From: Vicinamibacteria bacterium
GTDB taxonomy: Bacteria > Acidobacteriota > Vicinamibacteria > Vicinamibacterales > JAMQPK01
Assembly (NCBI GenBank): GCA_031371345.1
Contig: JANMJM010000127.1
Span: 133-64,132 of the forward strand
DNA: 64,000 bases
Direction: 5' to 3'
How positions within the stretch are numbered: the stretch's first letter is position 1; every line of letters begins with the position of its first letter. Positions 1 to 9,404 of the stretch are shown here, piece after piece. Made by a program: the position numbers and the translations under genes. Below the pieces are notes generated by a model, which had not been told where the DNA came from, ran no database searches, and saw only the letters and a program-made list of their open reading frames with translations.

Positions 1-528
1 GGCCGAGTCGGCGACCTGCTGCAGCTCCTTCAGCACGAACTGCGGGACGACGAGCGTGCCGTCCACAAAACCCGTTTCGCAGATATCGGCGATGCGGCCG
101 TCAATGATGACGCTCGTGTCGAGAATACGATACCGACGCTGCTGGACCCTGGGGCGGAAGATGCCGATCATCCGCTCGGGCTCGAGCCACTCGCCCGACT
201 TGCCTCCCAGCATGAGGCCGATGTACGGCAGCACGAGCAACACAAGACTGTGCAGGAAGGCGACACGCGAATCGCTGGTATTGGCCCAGAAAAGGGCCGA
301 TCCGATCATGCGCGCCGCGAACAGGCCCGCGGCGCCGCCAACCAGCGCGCCGATCACGTTGGCGAGCGAGGTCTCGCGCAGCCGGTGTTCGAGATAGACG
401 AAGAGGGCGGCAATGATGAGCGCAAAGGCCACGTTGACCAGCGGGCCACCACCCAGAGGACGAATCAGGAACGCGCAGTAGGCCACCGCGCAGACGAAGA
501 CGATGCGTGCGACGCCGTTCCACCTCAT
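1..528 (-). CDS. PIN/TRAM-type membrane protein (YacL-like), N-terminal part; gene runs off the left edge
   Basis: Not in the ORF track because there is no stop in the window. Minus-strand ATG at 528 opens a frame reading [25 protein letters not shown]...[11 protein letters not shown]...[39 protein letters not shown]. This gives hydrophobic N-terminal segments followed by a PIN-like [10 protein letters not shown] motif. It lies immediately downstream of radA, as yacL does in many bacteria. Confidence 0.7.
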   Translation of the reverse strand, partial: MRWNGVARIVFVCAVAYCAFLIRPLGGGPLVNVAFALIIAALFVYLEHRLRETSLANVIGALVGGAAGLFAARMIGSALFWANTSDSRVAFLHSLVLLVLPYIGLMLGGKSGEWLEPERMIGIFRPRVQQRRYRILDTSVIIDGRIADICETGFVDGTLVVPQFVLKELQQVADSA

Positions 529-557
529 AGGCCGCCCATTCTATCGGCAAGTCTTGA

Positions 558-1940
558 TCATGCCAGAAGCGCCTGCAAGGCCTCATCGACGGTGCGCACG
601 CCGACGAGCTCGATCTGCGCCGGCCGCTCCGATTTCGGCAGGTCGGCGTTCGCAAGCGGCAGCACGCATCGTTCGAACCCCATACGCGCGGCTTCCCGCA
701 CGCGAAGCCCGGTCTGGGTAATCGCGCGAACCTCGCCTCCGAGTCCCACTTCCCCGAACATCGCCGTCGTCGATCCCACTGCACGGTTCTGCACACTCGA
801 GGCCACCGCGGCGACGATACTGAGGTCGGCGGCAGGCTCGTCGACGTTCATGCCTCCCGCGACGTTCACGTACACGTCGTCTCCGAGCAGCCCGAGCCCG
901 GCACGCTTCTCCAGCACTGCGAGGAGCAGTGACAAACGCTGCTGATCGACCCCGCTCGCCATGCGCCGCGCATTACCGAACGTGCTGCTGCTGACGAGCG
1001 CCTGCACTTCCACGAGTATTGGGCGCGATCCTTCAATGCAGCAGAGCACGGCGGAGCCGGGCTTGCCGATGGAGCGCTCGGCCAGGAACATCTGCGAGGG
1101 GTTCGGCACTTCGCGTAGACCCGTGGCCGTCATCTCGAAGACGCCTAATTCGCTCGCCGCGCCGAAACGGTTCTTGAACGCGCGTACGACGCGGTGCGCG
1201 TGATGCCGTTCGCCTTCGAAATACAACACCGTATCGACCACGTGCTCGAGCGCCTTCGGGCCCGCAAGCGCGCCGTCTTTTGTGACGTGGCCGACGAGCA
1301 CAATCGGCACGTTCCGTCCTTTTGCGGCGAAGAGCAGATGCGTGGCGACCTCGCGCACTTGACCGATGCTGCCGGGAGCGGACTGGAAACGGGCCGAGAA
1401 AATGGTTTGAATCGAATCGACCACGACGAGCGACGGTTTCAGCCGCTCGATTTCCTCGAGAATGCGCTCGAGACAAGTTTCGGCAAGCAGATATAGCGGG
1501 GAGCGGTCGACCGACAGTCGCTCGCCGCGCAGTTTGATCTGGTGCTCTGATTCTTCGCCCGAGCTGTACAGCACGGGTCCGACATTGCGGGCGACGTGCG
1601 CAGCGACTTGGAGCAGCAGTGTGGATTTGCCGATTCCCGGCTCGCCGCCGAGCAGCACGAGCGCTCCCGGCACGATGCCGCCGCCAAGCACACGATCGAA
1701 CTCGGCGATGCCCGACGACATGCGCGGCGCGTCGGACGTCTGAATATCGCTATAGAGCTTGGCCGTGGCGCTCCCGGCGACGTTCCCGTATCGGTGAGTG
1801 GCTGCGGCGGGGGCGATCTGAGGAGCCGGCTGTTCTTCGACGAGCGAATTATAAGTGCCGCAATCCGGACAGCGCCCCTGCCATTTCGCCTGCTGCCCAC
1901 CGCACTCCTGGCAGACAAAGATCGTTCTGGGCGCCTTCAC
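558..1940 (-). CDS. radA: DNA repair protein RadA/Sms
   Basis: 460-aa ORF. It has an N-terminal zinc ribbon (CQECGGQQAKWQGRCPDCGTYNS), Walker A GEPGIGKST, the KNRFG motif and a Lon-protease-like C-terminal domain. Confidence 0.95.
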   Translation of the reverse strand: MKAPRTIFVCQECGGQQAKWQGRCPDCGTYNSLVEEQPAPQIAPAAATHRYGNVAGSATAKLYSDIQTSDAPRMSSGIAEFDRVLGGGIVPGALVLLGGEPGIGKSTLLLQVAAHVARNVGPVLYSSGEESEHQIKLRGERLSVDRSPLYLLAETCLERILEEIERLKPSLVVVDSIQTIFSARFQSAPGSIGQVREVATHLLFAAKGRNVPIVLVGHVTKDGALAGPKALEHVVDTVLYFEGERHHAHRVVRAFKNRFGAASELGVFEMTATGLREVPNPSQMFLAERSIGKPGSAVLCCIEGSRPILVEVQALVSSSTFGNARRMASGVDQQRLSLLLAVLEKRAGLGLLGDDVYVNVAGGMNVDEPAADLSIVAAVASSVQNRAVGSTTAMFGEVGLGGEVRAITQTGLRVREAARMGFERCVLPLANADLPKSERPAQIELVGVRTVDEALQALLA

Positions 1941-1973
1941 ACCGGCATCCTACATCGTCTCTGTTGAATGTCT

Positions 1974-3137
1974 CTAGTGAACTCTTCGCGCGGCGCGGCG
2001 CTCTTCGTAGATCCGCTCGATGCGGGTGCCAATGCGGCACAGCACTTCGTAGGGATTGGTGCCGATCGCGGACGAGATTTCGCGAATGTCGATGCGAACG
2101 CCTCCCTGCTCGCCGATGATCACGACTTCATCGCCGGGCTCGACCTGCACGTCGGACACATCGACTGAGATCATGTCCATGTTCACCGCGCCCACAATTG
2201 GCGCGCGGCGGCCGCGAATCAACACGGTGCAGGTTCCCGCCATGCGTCGATCGAGGCCGTCGGCGTAACCAGCTGGCACGACAGCCACGCGCGACGGTTT
2301 CTCGGCGGTCCAGCGCGCGCCGTACCCCACAATCTCTCCGGGCCGCACGCCTTTCACGGCGACGACGCGGCTGCGTAACGACATGACGGGCTTCAACGGA
2401 ATCGTCGATGCCAGCGGTGGAGGAATGACGCCGTACATCAGCAATCCAGGCCTCACCAGGTCGTACCACACACGCGAGTCGCGCAGCGTGGCGGCGCTGT
2501 TCGCGGCGTGCCGCAGCTTCGGATTGACGCCGAGCTTGGGCAACCTTGTGAGCACTCGTTCGAACCGTTCACGCTGCAATTCGAACAGCGGATACTCCGG
2601 ATCGTCGGCCGTCGCAAAATGTGTGTAGACGGCGTCGATTTCCAGGTTCCTACCGGCGACGAGCTCGGGCAGCGTGCGCTCGAGGTTGTCGAAACGCAAT
2701 CCGAGGCGATTCATCCCCGTGTCGATTTTCAGATGACACTTCAGCCGGAAACCGCGCGCGGCGGCCGCGGCCTGCAGCGAGCGTCCAGCTCCAGGCGTCG
2801 AGATCGTCGGCGTAAGGTTGTAATCGAAGACGCCGGCGACATCGCTCACGCTGAGCGCGCCGAAGATCAGAATCTCGGAAGTGACCCCGGCATTGCGCAG
2901 CACGATGGCTTCTTCAATGTCGGCGCACGCAAGAATCTTCGCGCCGGCATCCTGCAACGCCCGCGCGACCGCCGGCGCACCGTGCCCGTAGGCGTTCGCC
3001 TTCACGACCGAAATAATGCCGGGGACGTGTTTGCCGCCTTCGATGCGCGTCTGTTCGGCGAGAAATTCGGCGATCGCGCGGAAGTTTGATTGAAGGGCGG
3101 CGAGATCGACGTGGGCGAACGTAGATCGCGCGCTCAC
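1974..3137 (-). CDS. alr: Alanine racemase
   Basis: 387-aa ORF with the PLP-lysine motif [11 protein letters not shown] and a C-terminal beta domain (PAGYADG). Its start overlaps the dnaB stop by 4 nt. Confidence 0.9.
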   Translation of the reverse strand: MSARSTFAHVDLAALQSNFRAIAEFLAEQTRIEGGKHVPGIISVVKANAYGHGAPAVARALQDAGAKILACADIEEAIVLRNAGVTSEILIFGALSVSDVAGVFDYNLTPTISTPGAGRSLQAAAAARGFRLKCHLKIDTGMNRLGLRFDNLERTLPELVAGRNLEIDAVYTHFATADDPEYPLFELQRERFERVLTRLPKLGVNPKLRHAANSAATLRDSRVWYDLVRPGLLMYGVIPPPLASTIPLKPVMSLRSRVVAVKGVRPGEIVGYGARWTAEKPSRVAVVPAGYADGLDRRMAGTCTVLIRGRRAPIVGAVNMDMISVDVSDVQVEPGDEVVIIGEQGGVRIDIREISSAIGTNPYEVLCRIGTRIERIYEERRAARRVH

Positions 3138-4477
3138 TGCCGACGCTGTTCGAGATTCCCGAAGCGGGTCTCCGACTTCAGGAAGGCCAGGCGAACCAGG
3201 CCGGTCGGGCCGTTGCGCTGTTTGGCGATGTTCACCTCGGCGATGTTCTCGTCCTCGGGTTTCACATCGGGATACTGATCGGGGCGGAACAGCAGCATGA
3301 CAACGTCTGCATCCTGCTCCAAGGCGCCCGATTCACGAAGGTCCGACAGCATCGGACGATGGTCCGACCGCGCTTCAGGCGCGCGGCTGAGCTGCGACAA
3401 GATCACCACCGGAACGCTCAACTCTTTGGCCAGCACTTTCAGCGAGCGCGAGATCGACGCCAGCTCGAGTGTGCGATTTTCGAACCGCCCGCGACCCTGC
3501 ATCAGCTGGATGTAGTCGACGATCAGCATGTCGAGGCCATGCTCGGACATCAGTCGCCGCGACTTCGCGCGCATCTCGAGCACGCCGATGCCAGGAGTGT
3601 CGTCGATGAACACCTTCGCTTCGCTCAACGTGCCGAGAGCGTGCGACAGCCGCCCCCAATCGCTCTCCACCAGAAAGCCCGTGCGAAGGCGATGACTGTC
3701 GATGTGCGCTTCCGAGGTGAGCATTCTGAGGAACAGTTGCTCCTTCGACATTTCCAGGCTGAAGATGCCGACCGTCCGCCCCGTCTTGGTGCCCACGTGC
3801 TGGGCGATGTTCAGTGCGAGCGCCGTCTTGCCCACCGACGGCCGCGCCGCGATGATGACGAGATCGCCTCCCTGAAAGCCGGCCGTGAGCTCGTCGAGAT
3901 CGGTGAATCCCGACGGCACGCCCGTGATGAGCTGCTTCTTCTCGTGCGCCCGCTCGATGGTTTCGAAGCTGGCATGCGCGAGCTGGCGCATCGAGACAAA
4001 GCCGGCGCGGACGCGATCCTCGGCGATCGCGAAGATCGACTGCTCGGCCTCGTCGAGTATCAGGTTCGGCTCGAGCTCGGCTTCGTACGCCGTCGCAAGA
4101 ATCTTGTTGGCGGAGAAAATCAGGTTGCGCAGCGTCGATTTCTCGCGAACGATGCGCGCGTAGTGTTCGACGTTGGTGGCGTGCGGCAGGCCGTCAACGA
4201 GCGATGCGACGTAGGCGGGCCCGCCCACCTCGTCGAGCTCCCCGGACTTGGAGAGCTCTTCCTTCAGCGTGATGAAGTCGATCGCGTTCCCGCGCTCGCT
4301 CAGCTGGATCATCTTCTCGAAGATCCGGCGGTGCGCGTCGCGGTAGAAATCGCGGGGATTCAGTACTTCGGCAGCCTGATTGAACGCGTCATTGTGAATC
4401 AGGATGGCGCCGAGTACAGATCGCTCCGCCTCGAGGTTGTGCGGAAGCGTGCGATCGGGCGCGGCGACTTCGGGCAT
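3134..4477 (-). CDS. dnaB: Replicative DNA helicase DnaB
   Basis: The ORF runs 3134..4606, but conserved sequence starts at internal ATG 4477 ([26 protein letters not shown]). Walker A is [12 protein letters not shown]. The 43 upstream codons fall in the intergenic repeat hairpin. Confidence 0.92.
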   Translation of the reverse strand: MPEVAAPDRTLPHNLEAERSVLGAILIHNDAFNQAAEVLNPRDFYRDAHRRIFEKMIQLSERGNAIDFITLKEELSKSGELDEVGGPAYVASLVDGLPHATNVEHYARIVREKSTLRNLIFSANKILATAYEAELEPNLILDEAEQSIFAIAEDRVRAGFVSMRQLAHASFETIERAHEKKQLITGVPSGFTDLDELTAGFQGGDLVIIAARPSVGKTALALNIAQHVGTKTGRTVGIFSLEMSKEQLFLRMLTSEAHIDSHRLRTGFLVESDWGRLSHALGTLSEAKVFIDDTPGIGVLEMRAKSRRLMSEHGLDMLIVDYIQLMQGRGRFENRTLELASISRSLKVLAKELSVPVVILSQLSRAPEARSDHRPMLSDLRESGALEQDADVVMLLFRPDQYPDVKPEDENIAEVNIAKQRNGPTGLVRLAFLKSETRFGNLEQRRQ

Positions 4478-4490
4478 GGAAGCTTCCAGC

Positions 4491-4552
4491 GACCAGCTGC
4501 CAGCCTCCAGTCGCTTCCAGTCGATCGGCTGGAAACTGGAAGCTGGGAGCCG
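4491..4552 (-). repeat. Imperfect inverted repeat built of CCAG/CTGG words between rplI and dnaB
   Basis: gccagcctccagtcgcttccag tcgatcgg ctggaaactggaagctggga. CTTCCAG (4514-4520) pairs with CTGGAAG (4537-4543), and CCAG with CTGG around an 8-nt loop. The words are shared with the 8352..8424 element. Confidence 0.6.
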
Positions 4553-4556
4553 GGAG

Positions 4557-5036
4557 CTATGCAGATTCGGTTTTCGGTGCGACGGCCGGCTTGCCTTCGG
4601 CGACAACCCTCACCGGCAGCTGCACGACGACTTCGCGGTGTAACTTCAGCGGCACCGTGTACTCACCGAGTTTCTTAATCGGCTCGCGCAGGCCGAGCTT
4701 TCGCCTGTCGACCTCGTGCCCAAGCTTGGCGAGCGCTTCGGCGATGTCGGCGGTAGTGACCGAGCCGTACAGCGCTTCGGTGTCGCCGACGCGGCGGACG
4801 ATGACGACCACGACGCCGGCCATACCCGTCGCGATAGCGTCGGCGCCGCTCTTCTCCTCGGCTTCGCGCGCGTCGAGCTTTACGCGCTCGCGCTCGATCT
4901 GCTTCAGGTTCCCTGGCGTCGCCACAAGGGCAAGCTTGCGCGGCAGCAGGTAGTTGCGCGCATAGCCGTCGGCGACCTTCACCACTTCACCGCGCTTGCC
5001 GACGTTCTCGACGTGATCTCGAAGTATCACTTCCAT
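4557..5036 (-). CDS. rplI: 50S ribosomal protein L9
   Basis: The ORF runs 4557..5105. The conserved N-terminus [32 protein letters not shown] begins at ATG 5036. Confidence 0.93.
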   Translation of the reverse strand: MEVILRDHVENVGKRGEVVKVADGYARNYLLPRKLALVATPGNLKQIERERVKLDAREAEEKSGADAIATGMAGVVVVIVRRVGDTEALYGSVTTADIAEALAKLGHEVDRRKLGLREPIKKLGEYTVPLKLHREVVVQLPVRVVAEGKPAVAPKTESA

Positions 5037-5115
5037 TGTTCCCTCTCTACGAACTTCCGGCTCTCGACTTGAGGCTTTTGGCCTGGCCTCGAGCCTAGAG
5101 TCCAAAGCCTAAAGT

Positions 5116-5427
5116 CTATTCAGTGACGTAAGGAATCAGCGCCAACTGCCGCGCCCGCTTGATGGCGGTCTGGAGTTTCCGCTGGTGTGTCGCGCACGTG
5201 CCCGAGATGCGGCGCGGCAGAATTTTTCCGCGCTCCGGCACGAACGGCCCGAGCAGCTTCACGTCCTTGTAATTGATGTCATCGATCTTGTCCGCGCAGA
5301 ACTTGCAGACCTTCCGCCGACGGAACAGTGTGCGCTTCTTATCGTCTTTCTTGTCGGCGCCGCGGCCGCCGCGGCTGTCCGATGATGATGACGAACGTCC
5401 TCGTGTTTCTCCACGCATATGCAACAC
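5116..5427 (-). CDS. rpsR: 30S ribosomal protein S18
   Basis: 103 aa. [52 protein letters not shown] is typical of S18. It has a basic N-terminal tail. Confidence 0.93.
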   Translation of the reverse strand: MLHMRGETRGRSSSSSDSRGGRGADKKDDKKRTLFRRRKVCKFCADKIDDINYKDVKLLGPFVPERGKILPRRISGTCATHQRKLQTAIKRARQLALIPYVTE

Positions 5428-5446
5428 CTTTCACATTCAAATACGG

Positions 5447-5902
5447 TTAGATAGCGTCGTCGGCTTCCCCGCCGAAGCGATCGTCGTCGTCGTCATTGCG
5501 CTGGGGGCCTTCGCCGGGCTGCCGCTCCGGCGGCAGGCCGCGTGCCACGCGCCGGCGCTGCGAATCTTCTTTGCGCTCCGTGCGGGCGCGCTCGATCACG
5601 CGGTTCTCTTCGTCCACACGGACGGTCAGATGGCGGATTACCTGGTCGCTCACGCGCAAGCGGCGGTCGATCTCCTTCATCAGCTCGCCCGAACCGGAAA
5701 TCACTTCGAGCACGTAGGTGCCTTCTTTGTGGGGGCCGATTTCGTAGGCGAGCTTGCGCCGTCCCCAGTTCTCGGTTTTGTCCAGCTTGCCCGAGAACCG
5801 GCCGGCGATTTCTTCTACCTGTGTGTGAAGGTCGGTGATCTGCTGTTCGGTCGCGTCTGACGCGACGATGTAGATGAGCTCGTACTGTCTAATCTGACTC
5901 AC
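5447..5902 (-). CDS. rpsF: 30S ribosomal protein S6
   Basis: 151 aa, MSQIRQYELIYIV..., with an acidic C-terminal tail (NDDDDDRFGGEADD). It lies 19 nt upstream of rpsR. Confidence 0.92.
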   Translation of the reverse strand: MSQIRQYELIYIVASDATEQQITDLHTQVEEIAGRFSGKLDKTENWGRRKLAYEIGPHKEGTYVLEVISGSGELMKEIDRRLRVSDQVIRHLTVRVDEENRVIERARTERKEDSQRRRVARGLPPERQPGEGPQRNDDDDDRFGGEADDAI

Positions 5903-5963
5903 TGCTGTCTCCTTCCGGACCCCTCATCGGGGGCCACGCGTCGCGTGGCAAGAAGTTGGTTTG

Positions 5964-6548
5964 CTATCGAGCGTCTGACTCTGGCGCTGACTCCAACTTA
6001 TTGAACGTGTTCATCGCTTTCTCTATCCCGTCGGTCGCAAACATTTCTGCGGCGTCGGCCGCGCGCAAAATCGAATGGCCGATCTCCTCCGCTTCGTCGG
6101 GCTCGAATCTGGCGAGCACATGATCGGCCAGATCGCGCCGCGTGTCGCCGCGCCCGACTCCAACCCGCAGCCTCGGAAACTCGTTGGTGCCCAGCTGCTC
6201 GATAATCGACCGCAGCCCGTTGTGACCGCCTTCCGAACCGCGGGCCCGCACGCGCAGCCGTCCGAGCGGTAAGTTCACATCGTCGGTGACGATGAGCACG
6301 TCGGCCGCTGGAATCTTGTAGAAACTGCGCAGCTTCTGCACCGCGTAGCCGCTCAGATTCATGAAGGTCTCGGGCTTGGCGAGCCAAGCCTGCCAGCTTC
6401 CGTTGACCTTCGCGACCTCGGCGTCTTCACGTACCCGGAAATCCGTCTTATGGCGCCGCGCCAGCTCGTCGAGCACCATGAACCCGACGTTGTGGCGCGT
6501 GCTTTCGTACTGCCGCCCCGGATTGCCGAGACCAACGATCAGCTTCAG
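5964..6548 (-). CDS. pth: Peptidyl-tRNA hydrolase (probable CTG start)
   Basis: The ORF-track frame is 5964..6857, but the Pth sequence (L)KLIVGLGNPGRQYESTRHNVGF starts at codon 104 (CTG, 6548..6546), 2 nt after the rplY stop. Upstream codons overlap rplY and are Arg/Gly-rich nonsense. Confidence 0.85.
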   Translation of the reverse strand: MKLIVGLGNPGRQYESTRHNVGFMVLDELARRHKTDFRVREDAEVAKVNGSWQAWLAKPETFMNLSGYAVQKLRSFYKIPAADVLIVTDDVNLPLGRLRVRARGSEGGHNGLRSIIEQLGTNEFPRLRVGVGRGDTRRDLADHVLARFEPDEAEEIGHSILRAADAAEMFATDGIEKAMNTFNKLESAPESDAR

Positions 6549-6550
6549 TT

Positions 6551-7258
6551 CTACTTCTTCTCTTTCTTCGCAGCCGGTGCAGGAGCCGCCGCTTCGGCGT
6601 CTCCTTCTTCGTCCTTCTTGCCCTTCTTGATGACCTCGGGCTCGGCAGGTCCGGCCGCCGCCGCTGCCGCAACCGCATCGGGTGTCGCCGGCACTTCCTC
6701 GACCTTCGGAATGATGACGTGCATGAGCATCATGTCGGGGTCGCTGACCGCTTTCCACTTCGCGCTGGTCGCCACGTCGCGCACACGCACGCTCTGACCG
6801 ACCATCATCTCGGTGACATCGACTTCGATGTGCTCCGGAATGTCGCCCGGCAGGCACTCGAGCTCGAGTTGACGATGGACGATGTCGAGGACGCCGCCCT
6901 GCTGCTTGACGCCCTTCGGCTCGCCGCGCGGCACCACGGTGACGGTGACGCGAATCACCTTGTCGAGCGCAACCTTATAGAAGTCGGCGTGGAGGAGTTT
7001 GTGTGTGACCGGATCGTATTGATACTCCTTCACGAGCACCCGCGCGTCGGCGCCGCCGGGGAGCTTCAACGAGATCAGGGTATTGGCGCCGAGCTCGGTC
7101 TGAAGAATTTTCGTGAGGCCCTTCGGATCGACGGCAATGGCCACGCCGCCTTCCCGTTCGCCATAAATGACGGCCGGAATCTTCCCGGTCACTCGCAGGC
7201 GCCGGGCTTCGTTCTTGCCGCGCGAGGTACGTTCAACGGCTTCTAACACTGCGTCCAT
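6551..7258 (-). CDS. rplY: 50S ribosomal protein L25 / general stress protein Ctc
   Basis: 235 aa. MDAVLEAVERTSRGKNEARRLRVTGKIPAVIYGE is the L25 N-domain. It also has the Ctc C-domain and an Ala/Lys/Glu-rich tail. Confidence 0.9.
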   Translation of the reverse strand: MDAVLEAVERTSRGKNEARRLRVTGKIPAVIYGEREGGVAIAVDPKGLTKILQTELGANTLISLKLPGGADARVLVKEYQYDPVTHKLLHADFYKVALDKVIRVTVTVVPRGEPKGVKQQGGVLDIVHRQLELECLPGDIPEHIEVDVTEMMVGQSVRVRDVATSAKWKAVSDPDMMLMHVIIPKVEEVPATPDAVAAAAAAGPAEPEVIKKGKKDEEGDAEAAAPAPAAKKEKK

Positions 7259-7270
7259 GTTCTTTTCCTT

Positions 7271-8227
7271 CTAAACAAACAACGATGAAACCGACGACTC
7301 TTCGTGAATGCTCCGAATCGCCTGTGCCAGCAGCTTGGCCACCGATAGCACCTGAATCTTTCCGCACTTCGCGCGCTCGCCGTTGGACGGGATCGTGTTG
7401 GTGACGATCAACTTCTCGATCGGCGCCTTCTCAATCCGCTCGATCGCCGGGCCCGACAGCACACCGTGCACCGCGCACGCGAAAATACGCCCCGCGCCGT
7501 TCGCTTTCAGCGCCACCGCCGCCTTGGCGATCGTGCCCGCCGTATCGATGATGTCGTCCTGAATCACGCAGGTGCGGCCATCGACGTCGCCGACCACGTT
7601 CATCACTTCAGCGCTGCCATCATCCGATCGGCGCTTGTCGATCACGGCCAGCTCGCCGCCCAGGCGTTTGGCGTAGGCCCGCGCGCGCTCGGCACCGCCG
7701 GCATCCGGCGCGACAATCGTCAGTTTCGGAAAATCCTGGCGCGCCAGGTAATCGAGAATGACCGGCGCCGCAAACAGATGATCGACCGGAATATCAAAGA
7801 ACCCTTGAATCTGCGCCTTGTGCAGATCCATCGTCAGCACGCGATCGACGCCGGACGCGCTCAGAATGTTGGCGACGAGCTTCGCGGAAATCGGCACGCG
7901 AGGCTTGTCCTTGCGATCCTGGCGTGCATACCCGTAATACGGGATGACAGCCGTAATCCGCGCCGCCGACGATCGACGGAACGCGTCGATCATGATCAGC
8001 AGCTCCATGATGTGTTCGTCCACCGGCATGCTTGTCGGTTGGACGATGAACACATCGGTGCCGCGGATGTTCTCGTCGATCTGAAAACTGACTTCCGTAT
8101 CCGGAAATCGCCGGAGCCGGCACTGCCCCATCGGCAAGCCGAGGTGCTGCGCCATCTCCTTCGCGAGCTCGGGATGGGCGCTTCCCGAGAACAGTTTCAG
8201 TTCGCCGTACCCTGCAGGTCTGTCCAT
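7271..8227 (-). CDS. prs: Ribose-phosphate pyrophosphokinase
   Basis: 318 aa. It has the PRPP loop VIQDDIIDTAGT and YYGYARQDRK, with full-length similarity to Prs. Confidence 0.95.
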   Translation of the reverse strand: MDRPAGYGELKLFSGSAHPELAKEMAQHLGLPMGQCRLRRFPDTEVSFQIDENIRGTDVFIVQPTSMPVDEHIMELLIMIDAFRRSSAARITAVIPYYGYARQDRKDKPRVPISAKLVANILSASGVDRVLTMDLHKAQIQGFFDIPVDHLFAAPVILDYLARQDFPKLTIVAPDAGGAERARAYAKRLGGELAVIDKRRSDDGSAEVMNVVGDVDGRTCVIQDDIIDTAGTIAKAAVALKANGAGRIFACAVHGVLSGPAIERIEKAPIEKLIVTNTIPSNGERAKCGKIQVLSVAKLLAQAIRSIHEESSVSSLFV

Positions 8228-8252
8228 GGTCAGGTGTGCAGCGCAGAAAAAC

Positions 8253-8327
8253 TGGCTGGGGCGGGTGGATTCGAACCACCGAATACGGGATCCAAAGTCC
8301 CGCGCCTTACCGCTTGGCCACGCCCCA
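8253..8327 (-). tRNA. tRNA-Gln (anticodon UUG), CCA encoded
   Basis: The reverse complement reads TGGGGCGTGGCCAAGCGGTAAGGCGCGGGACTTTGGATCCCGTATTCGGTGGTTCGAATCCACCCGCCCCAGCCA. Features are a 7-bp acceptor stem (TGGGGCG/CGCCCCA), anticodon loop CTTTGGA, T-arm GGTGG-TTCGAAT-CCACC and a 3' CCA. Confidence 0.93.
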
Positions 8328-8351
8328 AACGTTTACTCACGCACCCAGCTA

Positions 8352-8424
8352 CGAGCGTCGAGCTCCCAGTTTCCAGTTGCCTGACGCTCGAACTCGGAGC
8401 TGAAAGCTGAAGCTGAAAGCTGGG
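8352..8424 (-). repeat. Repeat-word structured element between ispE and tRNA-Gln
   Basis: CGAGCGTC (8352-8359) is complementary to GACGCTCG (8383-8390). CCCAGTTTCCAG (8365-8376) is nearly complementary to CTGAAAGCTGGG (8413-8424). The two helices are interleaved. The right side is a tandem (AGCTGAA/AGCTGA)x4. Confidence 0.55.
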
Positions 8425-8492
8425 AACAGGCGTGGCTCGACCACCGCAGCGCAAACAAAGAGTTTATACGATAGAAGGAGTTACGGGCAAAT

Positions 8493-9404
8493 TCAGCGGT
8501 TTCGACGGGGCAATAAGCGGGTGAGCAGGACGCTCGCGCCCGCCCGGCGCAGTTTCTTCGCCGCGGCCTCGGCCGCGCCAGCCGTTTGAAAGAGGCCAAA
8601 CACCGTCGATCCGCTGCCCGACATGGCCGCCATCGCGGCGCCCATTTTCATCAATCGATCCTTCAACTTGGCGACAACCGGGTGGCGCTCGATGACCGGT
8701 TGCTCCAGGTCATTGACCAGCGGCACGACCCGCCCGAGCCACGTCCGTTCCAGATAGCTCGGCGCCGATCCGACCGAGGTTCGAGCACGCATCTCGTCGA
8801 GCCACTCGTACGCGTCGGCGGTCGCAATACCGAACGGCGGAAAGATCAGCACGACCCACAGCCGCGGCAGGTCGTCCAACGGATAGACCTCGTCGCCTCG
8901 TCCAAGGCCGAGCGCCGTGCCGCCGACAAAAAAATAGGGCACGTCGGAGCCGAGCTTCGCCGCGATCGCATAAAGCGCGTCGTCGGCGATCTTCAACTTC
9001 CATGCGCGCCGCAATGCAAACAGTGCGGCGGCCGCGTCGCTGCTTCCACCGCCGAGGCCGGCTTTGATGGGAATACGCTTATCGAGCGTCACGCGCGCAT
9101 CGCGCGGCAGACCTTCGCGCCCGGCGGCGTCCCACAACCGCTGCGCCGCTTTCCACACGAGGTTCGTGCGATCGGCGGGTACGCCGGGCGTCGCGCAGAC
9201 GATGTCGAACGCGCCGCGGCGCGACTCACAAATGACCCGATCGGCGAGATCGATGCCCTGAAAAATTGTCCGCACCTCGTGAAAGCCATCGCCCCGCCGT
9301 TCGGCGACGCGGAGGCTGAGGTTGATTTTCGCGAACGCGCGCATCGTCGATCGTCCATCGTCCATCGTCGTCTCATTTCTCAGAGCCGAGCGGTCCGGCC
9401 TCAC
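8493..9404 (-). CDS. ispE: 4-diphosphocytidyl-2-C-methyl-D-erythritol kinase
   Basis: It has AKINLSLRV and the GHMP-kinase loop KAGLGGGSSDAAAAL. The true start may be an internal Met (9365 or 9344). The 5' end overlaps the upstream gene. Confidence 0.9.
   Translation of the reverse strand: MRPDRSALRNETTMDDGRSTMRAFAKINLSLRVAERRGDGFHEVRTIFQGIDLADRVICESRRGAFDIVCATPGVPADRTNLVWKAAQRLWDAAGREGLPRDARVTLDKRIPIKAGLGGGSSDAAAALFALRRAWKLKIADDALYAIAAKLGSDVPYFFVGGTALGLGRGDEVYPLDDLPRLWVVLIFPPFGIATADAYEWLDEMRARTSVGSAPSYLERTWLGRVVPLVNDLEQPVIERHPVVAKLKDRLMKMGAAMAAMSGSGSTVFGLFQTAGAAEAAAKKLRRAGASVLLTRLLPRRNR

Noticed and set aside
5428-5446. Missing ssb/priB between rpsF and rpsR
   Set aside because: The gap is only 19 nt. 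A direct rpsF-rpsR junction is a common arrangement and not an anomaly.
5933-5949. GCCACGC-gtc-GCGTGGC hairpin between pth and rpsF as an S6:S18 autoregulatory leader
   Set aside because: I cannot tell a pth terminator from an rpsF leader motif without a covariance model, so it is not reported as a feature.
8228-8492. tRNA-Gln as an integration hotspot or genomic-island boundary
   Set aside because: No integrase was seen, no duplicated tRNA 3' segment was noticed, and both flanks belong to a conserved housekeeping synteny block.
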